This document shows positions 9,436 to 13,890 of a stretch of DNA of 13,890 nt, piece by piece. Origin of the DNA: Octopus sinensis (taxonomy: Eukaryota); contig NW_021826027.1 of NCBI RefSeq assembly GCF_006345805.1, forward strand, positions 1 to 13,890. The letters are read 5' to 3'. Position 1 is the stretch's first letter, and each line of letters opens with the position of its first letter. The notes beneath the pieces are model-generated. The model was not told where the DNA came from. It ran no database searches and saw only the letters and a program-made list of their open reading frames with translations. Position numbers and translations under genes: made by a program.

Positions 9436-9550
9436 CCTTTTTCTTTCTTTTATTCTTTTCTTCTCTCTCTCTCTCTCTCCCTCTCTCTCTCCTCTTCTCT
9501 CTCTCTCCCGTGTGTGTGTAATGTACGTATATTATATATAATATATATAT

Positions 9551-9581
<31 letters not shown>
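9436..9581. repeat. Polypyrimidine/(CT)n tract, short (GT)n and (TA)n
   Basis: Direct reading. Confidence 0.95.
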
Positions 9582-9582
<1 letters not shown>

Positions 9583-9679
9583 CCATGGCTTGACTTCATG
9601 TCAAGGTTGGGGATCAATGGTGTGGTTGGGGATCAATGCTAGTTAGTCGTCCCAGAGGTGTCATCATGCGTAGAGCCAC

Positions 9680-9780
9680 ACATACATACATATATATTAT
9701 ATATATGTATGCATATATATATATATACGCATATATAATCATAATTACCCATACACACATACACATATGTACACGCACAC
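9680..9780. repeat. Mixed (CA)/(TA) microsatellite
   Basis: Direct reading. Confidence 0.85.
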
Positions 9781-9799
9781 TCATAATTATATGATTATT

Positions 9800-10011
9800 T
9801 TGTGTCATTGATTAGATTGTGACCATGTTGGAACACCATCACCTTCAATGGTTTTAGTCGATCAAATTGACTCCGGCATTTATTTTAAATCCGATACTTA
9901 CTCCGTCTATCAAATCTTTTTGTTACCTGATTGTTACGCTGTCGGGATACAAACAAACTAACACCGTATGTCACGCGCTGAATCACACACACACACACAC
10001 ACACACACACC
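9800..10011 (-). mobile_element. Diverged 3' half of the SINE family at 10359-10769, ending in its internal (CA)n
   Basis: gattgtgaccatgttggaacacc...ccttca...tagtcgatcaaattgactcc corresponds to the reverse complement gactgcggccatgctggagcaccgccttcagtcgagcaaatcgacccc of 10680-10732. Confidence 0.7.
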
Positions 10012-10267
10012 ATGTCACAGGTCTCTGCTCAATTTCTGCCGGCCAAGTTCCATTGAACATGTAATAGTTAAACCTAGGTAAGAGCGGAAGTTACTTGTCG
10101 CTCCGTGTCGAAACCTCTGCGTGCGAAGCGAACTCCTATACCACACGACTATACTCACAACTTTTATCCAAAATTACCTTTGCTTTAACAAAGGTGTTAG
10201 TTGAAGAAGATACTATTTCTAAAAGATCGACCCACTCTGCGGAAACACCATTGTTATTTGATGTTAA

Positions 10268-11177
10268 TCCTTCGTGGGCCGGTGGGGGTCCCTCGGGACC
10301 CCAGCAAATTTTAAAGGTTATGCAACTTTTACATTTTTTTATTTAAATGATTTTATATGGGCACAGGAGTGGCTGTGTGGTAAGTAGCTTGCTAACCAAC
10401 CACATGGTTCCGGGTTCAGTCCCACTGCGTGGCATCTTGGGCAAGTGTCTTCTGCTATAGCCCCGGGCCGACCAATGCCTTGTGAGTGGGTTTGGTAGAC
10501 GGAAACTGAAAGAAGCTCGTCGTATATATGTATATATATATGTGTATGTGTCTGTGTTTGTGTGTTTGTCCCCCTAGCATTGCTTGACAACCGATGCTGA
10601 TGTGTTTACGTCCCCGTCACTTAGCGGTTCGGCAAAAGAGACTGATAGAACAAGTACTGGGCTTACAAAGAATAAGTCCTGGGGTCGATTTGCTCGACTG
10701 AAGGCGGTGCTCCAGCATGGCCGCAGTCAAATGGCTGAAACAAGTAAAAAGAGTAAAAAGAGAGAAAAGGGAATATCTCATGACTTTTACCGTCAATAGT
10801 TTATGAATGCACATACAATTTTTGAGTTAAAAATTTCCAGTCATATAGATGTTATAGCATAAAATATGGCCATCGGGGTCCAACTGGCCCCCATTGGCCT
10901 TTTAGGAGATTTTTCCCTGTTCTTTTTTCAGATATTCTGTCAATTTTCTTCCTATTTGTACTGGTATAAATTGATATACTTTTTTCCTTTATTCTTTTTG
11001 TTTTATTTTATATTTAGTGCTATATATATAGTTTCTGAAACTTATTTTGTATCATGCACTCACACATAATACAAGATTAAACAAATATTATTTTATGGAC
11101 AGTGCGGAAATGCGCAAAAATAAAAGGGGACCCCAATAGCCTTTTGTGTAATACCAAACCCGCCGGCTGACGAAAGG
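10268..11177. mobile_element. piggyBac-like non-autonomous DNA transposon (MITE-like), TTAA-flanked
   Basis: TTAA at 10264-10267 and 11178-11181. TIRs 10268-10286 TCCTTCGTGGGCCGGTGGG vs reverse complement of 11159-11177 CCTTTCGTCAGCCGGCGGG (14/19 matches). Repeated internal GGGGTCC/GGACCCC motifs. No transposase ORF. Confidence 0.72.
10359..10769 (+). mobile_element. Near full-length tRNA-derived SINE (octopus CORE-type-like), nested in the piggyBac-like element
   Basis: A-box-like TGGCTGTGTGG (10370-10380), B-box-like GGTTCAGTCCC (10413-10423), CORE-like ...ATCTTGGGCAAGTGTCTT..., internal (TA)/(TG) tract, and 3' tail CTGAAACAAGTAAAAAGAGTAAAAAGAGAGAAAAG. Confidence 0.9.
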
Positions 11178-11914
11178 TTAATGGTTATGCCGTATCGCTC
11201 ATAGAATTAGTTTCACAACAAATTAGTCAATTTAAGCTAAGATAGTAGCGGTAGCAGAAACTGTTCGGAATCCCTTTGAATAGTTTTGTACTTGTAACTC
11301 GGACATCCAGTCTGTTTCATGCTGATTCTATTTGTGGTCAGTAACACACCGACGAGTGTGCAGACTGCTCAGGATATGCTATGTTTAAGGAAGTGAAGGT
11401 ACAGTAAACACCTTCTCCGACATAGTAGATTATATTAAATGAACTCAGTCACTTACATCCTGACCAAATGAGCAGGTATTGTGTCGTTTCATACTTGCCC
11501 GTCTTTCCACCTCAGAATGTTAGTTCACTAGAATTCTCTCCCTTTTCATATTTTTCCTGTGGCCATTCACCTGTAGAGCCCCAACCACGTCGATACCGCA
11601 GATCTTGGGTTGACAGCGAGGGCCATGATTAAAGTTTCAAATAAGCTAGAATTCCTTCTAGCGTGGATAAAATTAATTACCAGCGAATTTATATAATCAA
11701 TTTTTGTGTCAGAACTTCGCTGTTCGATTATGAAAATTCAGTTGTTGAATCAACTGAACTTCCGATCCTTGAACTGATGTATAAACGGCCAAATATGTCA
11801 CATGATCACGGAGGATGAGGAAGTAATTCGCAGAGACGGGGACTGACTGGACAACTACTCGGAGGGTTGCCCAGCAAATGGTGAATGCAGTGAGGCGCTA
11901 CAATGGCGCATAAC

Positions 11915-12050
11915 CTGACATGACTTGCCTGAGTATTCCACAGACATCTGTATACCCGTAGCGTAATTCTTTGCCTAGATCAGTGTGACCTTGGGTGTGA
12001 CTAAGCCGTAACTTTTAAATTACAGGTACGATCCACCGACGGTGGAATTT
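11915..12050 (-). mobile_element. Possible diverged SINE/repeat body fragment
   Basis: gcctgagtattccacagaca...gatcagtgtgac...aattacaggtac resembles the antisense body of a common octopus SINE. Recalled similarity only. Confidence 0.35.
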
Positions 12051-12061
12051 ACCTGGAATTA

Positions 12062-12190
12062 CTGTTCCGTCTGCCCAGTTTCATTCACAAGGTGTGACTT
12101 AACACCGAAGTTAGAACAAAAATTACAACCAAGGTGTCATGTGGTGGGATTGAACCCGATTCTCCGTGGTTGTGATGCGTCTACGATTAA
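12062..12190 (-). mobile_element. Diverged 5' half (tRNA head + CORE) of the SINE family at 10359-10769
   Basis: ttccgtctgccc...tcacaagg...ccaaggtgtcatgtggtgggattgaacccgattctccgtggttg aligns with the reverse complement of 10395-10510 (ttccgtctacc...tcacaagg...ccaagatgccacgcagtgggactgaacccggaaccatgtggttg). Confidence 0.75.
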
Positions 12191-12217
12191 TGATGCCCTT
12201 TATGAGCAGCATAAAAG

Positions 12218-12438
12218 TAATAATGCCTTCAAGTTTTGGCACAAAACTTGAAACTTGGAGGAGGAGTGAAGTTGGTAACATCGACCCTAGTACGCAACTG
12301 ATATTTAATTTATCGACCCCGAAAGGATGAAAGACAAAGATGACCTCAACAGAATTTGAACTCAGAACGTAATGACGGACGAAATGCCGCTAAGCATTTT
12401 GTCCGGCGTGCTAACGATTCTGCCAGCTCTGCCGCCTT
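12218..12438 (-). mobile_element. tRNA-derived SINE, second family, copy 1
   Basis: Close match to 12890-13061: atcgaccc...aatttatcgaccccgaaaggatgaaag...aatttgaactcagaacgtaa...ctgccagctc...cgcctt. Confidence 0.9.
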
Positions 12439-12480
12439 GCAAGAAAGTAATAATGAAAGAGAGGGTCTGGAAGTCCAATC

Positions 12481-12710
12481 CTGGCGCTGGATGACAGAAT
12501 CGGTAGAGCGTTGGAGAAAATTGCGGTGAAAGTGTTTGATTGTCTCTTGTCGCGAACATCTGGTAATTTAATCTTCTGAGTTCAAGTCTCGCCGTCGTCA
12601 ATATTGATTTTAATCATTGCTGAGGTTCGTAAAATAGATACCAGTCAAATAATGGGGGCCACTTAATTGAACGATTCAACTCTTGGAACTTGCAGTGTTG
12701 TGTACCGCAC
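12481..12710 (+). mobile_element. tRNA-derived SINE, second family, copy 2 (old, diverged)
   Basis: gacagaatcggtagagcgttgg (head), ttctgagttcaagtctcgccg (B-box region, cf. ttctaagttcaaattccgccg), and aaaatagataccagtcaaataatgggg (cf. aaattaagtaccagtt...ctgggg). Confidence 0.6.
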
Positions 12711-12745
12711 ACGGTGAGTTTGTATATAGACGTTTGTCAAAATAC

Positions 12746-12768
12746 TCACACGCACCACACACACACAC

Positions 12769-12799
<31 letters not shown>

Positions 12800-12802
12800 C
12801 AC
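12746..12802. repeat. (CA)n microsatellite with single-base interruptions
   Basis: Direct reading. Confidence 0.95.
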
Positions 12803-12832
12803 AAATACACTGTTACATTCTGATTACCTATT

Positions 12833-13061
12833 TCTTTATTACCCACAAGGGGCTAAACATAGAGGGGACAAACAAGGACAGACAGAGGTATTAAGTCGAT
12901 TACATCGACCCCAGTGCGTAACTGGTACTTAATTTATCGACCCCGAAAGGATGAAAGGCAAAGTTGACCTCGGCGGAATTTGAACTCACAACGTAACGAC
13001 AGACGAAATACCGCTGAGCATTTCGCCCGGCGTGGTAACGTTTCTGCCAGCTCGTCGCCTT
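12833..13061 (-). mobile_element. tRNA-derived SINE, second family, copy 3 (near full length)
   Basis: Sense strand: AAGGCGACGAGCTGGCAGAAACGTTA (A-box-like)...GAGTTCAAATTCC (B-box)...CCTTTCGGGGTCGATAAATTAAGTACCAGTT...CTGGGGTCGATGTAATCGACTT...CCCCTTGTGGGTAATAAAGA. Confidence 0.92.
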
Positions 13062-13079
13062 CTGATTACCGCAGCGCAG

Positions 13080-13266
13080 AAGGGGGCGAGCTGGCAGAAT
13101 CGTTAGCGTGTCGATCAGAATGTGAAGCCGCATGTTTTGCGGCTTTACGTTCTAAGTTCAAATTCCGCCGAAATCAACATTACTTTTTATCCTTTCGAGG
13201 TCGATAAAATAATTACCCGTTGAGTACCCAGAACTTCAGGCCTGGTACCGAAGTAGAGACGATTGT
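13080..13266 (+). mobile_element. tRNA-derived SINE, second family, copy 4
   Basis: AAGGGGGCGAGCTGGCAGAATCGTTAGC...AAGTTCAAATTCCGCCG...TCCTTTCGAGGTCGATAAAATAATTACC; collinear with copy 3 in the opposite orientation. Confidence 0.88.
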
Positions 13267-13335
13267 CGAAATGCAGATTTACGCACACACATGCTGTGTA
13301 AGTCGTACGATTATATAGATAAATAAACCTGGATA

Positions 13336-13375
13336 TCACACACACACACACACACACATGTATCTATATATACAT
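13336..13375. repeat. (CA)n/(TA)n microsatellite
   Basis: Direct reading. Confidence 0.9.
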
Positions 13376-13764
13376 GGGATATGCACTGCTGGGCTGCTTT
13401 TGGTTGTAGGTTTACTCATTTACAGCTGACCTAGTGTTAAACAACAAAGAAACAACACATTCATATAATGATGGCATGCCACATGTGCGGGCGCACATGG
13501 ACACATACACACGCATTCTCATACACACGTATGTATGTGATTTTTAGCGATGTTTGACAACGAAAGACGTAAACATTGACCATGAAACCAACACACCGGT
13601 TGTGTATTTTGAGAGAAAGTCCCTTACCATATTTGTTCTATACGGAGTTATAACCACTCCCTTTTTACTCTGGCCATCAGAAAGTACAGTGACCCAGTCT
13701 CCATTCAGAACTAACGTCGCTTCCCTTCAACTATTGTAATATAAAATAAACATTTCTACACATA

Positions 13765-13840
13765 GTCTCCCTCTCCCCCTCTCTCTCTCTAATATACACA
13801 CACACACACACACACACTATACATACATAGTATATGCATA
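13765..13840. repeat. (CT)n-(CA)n-(TA)-mixed microsatellite
   Basis: Direct reading. Confidence 0.9.
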
Positions 13841-13890
13841 TAGATACCATAGAATAGATGTGCACGCACATACACTTGTGTACTCGTATC

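Noticed and set aside
10359-13266. tRNA-like A/B boxes as genuine tRNA genes
   Set aside because: They lack complete acceptor stems and continue into SINE bodies.
13548-13739. Open frame RCLTTKDVNID...LTIFVLYGVITTPFLLW with a hydrophobic stretch
   Set aside because: Weak splice signals and no recognisable family; too short to support as coding.
9386-13739. Remaining short ORFs in the track (e.g. 9386..9586, 9614..9808, 10095..10346, 10339..10590, 10584..10799, 12362..12601, 12900..13133, 12980..13207)
   Set aside because: They lie mostly in microsatellites or SINEs, or show no recognisable coding features.
1-13890. CRISPR array, rRNA or prokaryotic operon/defence system
   Set aside because: No repeat-spacer structure, no rRNA-like sequence and no gene-dense layout; the window is eukaryotic repeat-rich DNA.

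Overview
Eukaryotic, repeat-dominated, largely non-coding DNA. The SINE families and microsatellite density suggest an octopus/coleoid cephalopod genome; this is inference from recalled family sequences, not a database hit. No host protein-coding gene can be identified with confidence. Main contents: (1) an internally deleted Tc1/mariner element (~695-1537); (2) a 5'-truncated L1/Tx1-clade LINE on the minus strand (~2073-5424) encoding the end of the APE endonuclease, RT (YADD) and a CCHC zinc finger, plus a 3' UTR. It is broken by ~14 small indels with no in-frame stop in the reconstructed frame, and both of its ends abut co-oriented (GATA)n arrays, suggesting microsatellite-targeted insertion; (3) a TTAA-flanked piggyBac-like non-autonomous element (10268-11177) with a tRNA-derived SINE nested inside; (4) several tRNA-derived SINEs, including four copies of one family in alternating -,+,-,+ orientation (12218-13266) that could fold into dsRNA; (5) many microsatellites, which account for most spurious ORFs in the track.
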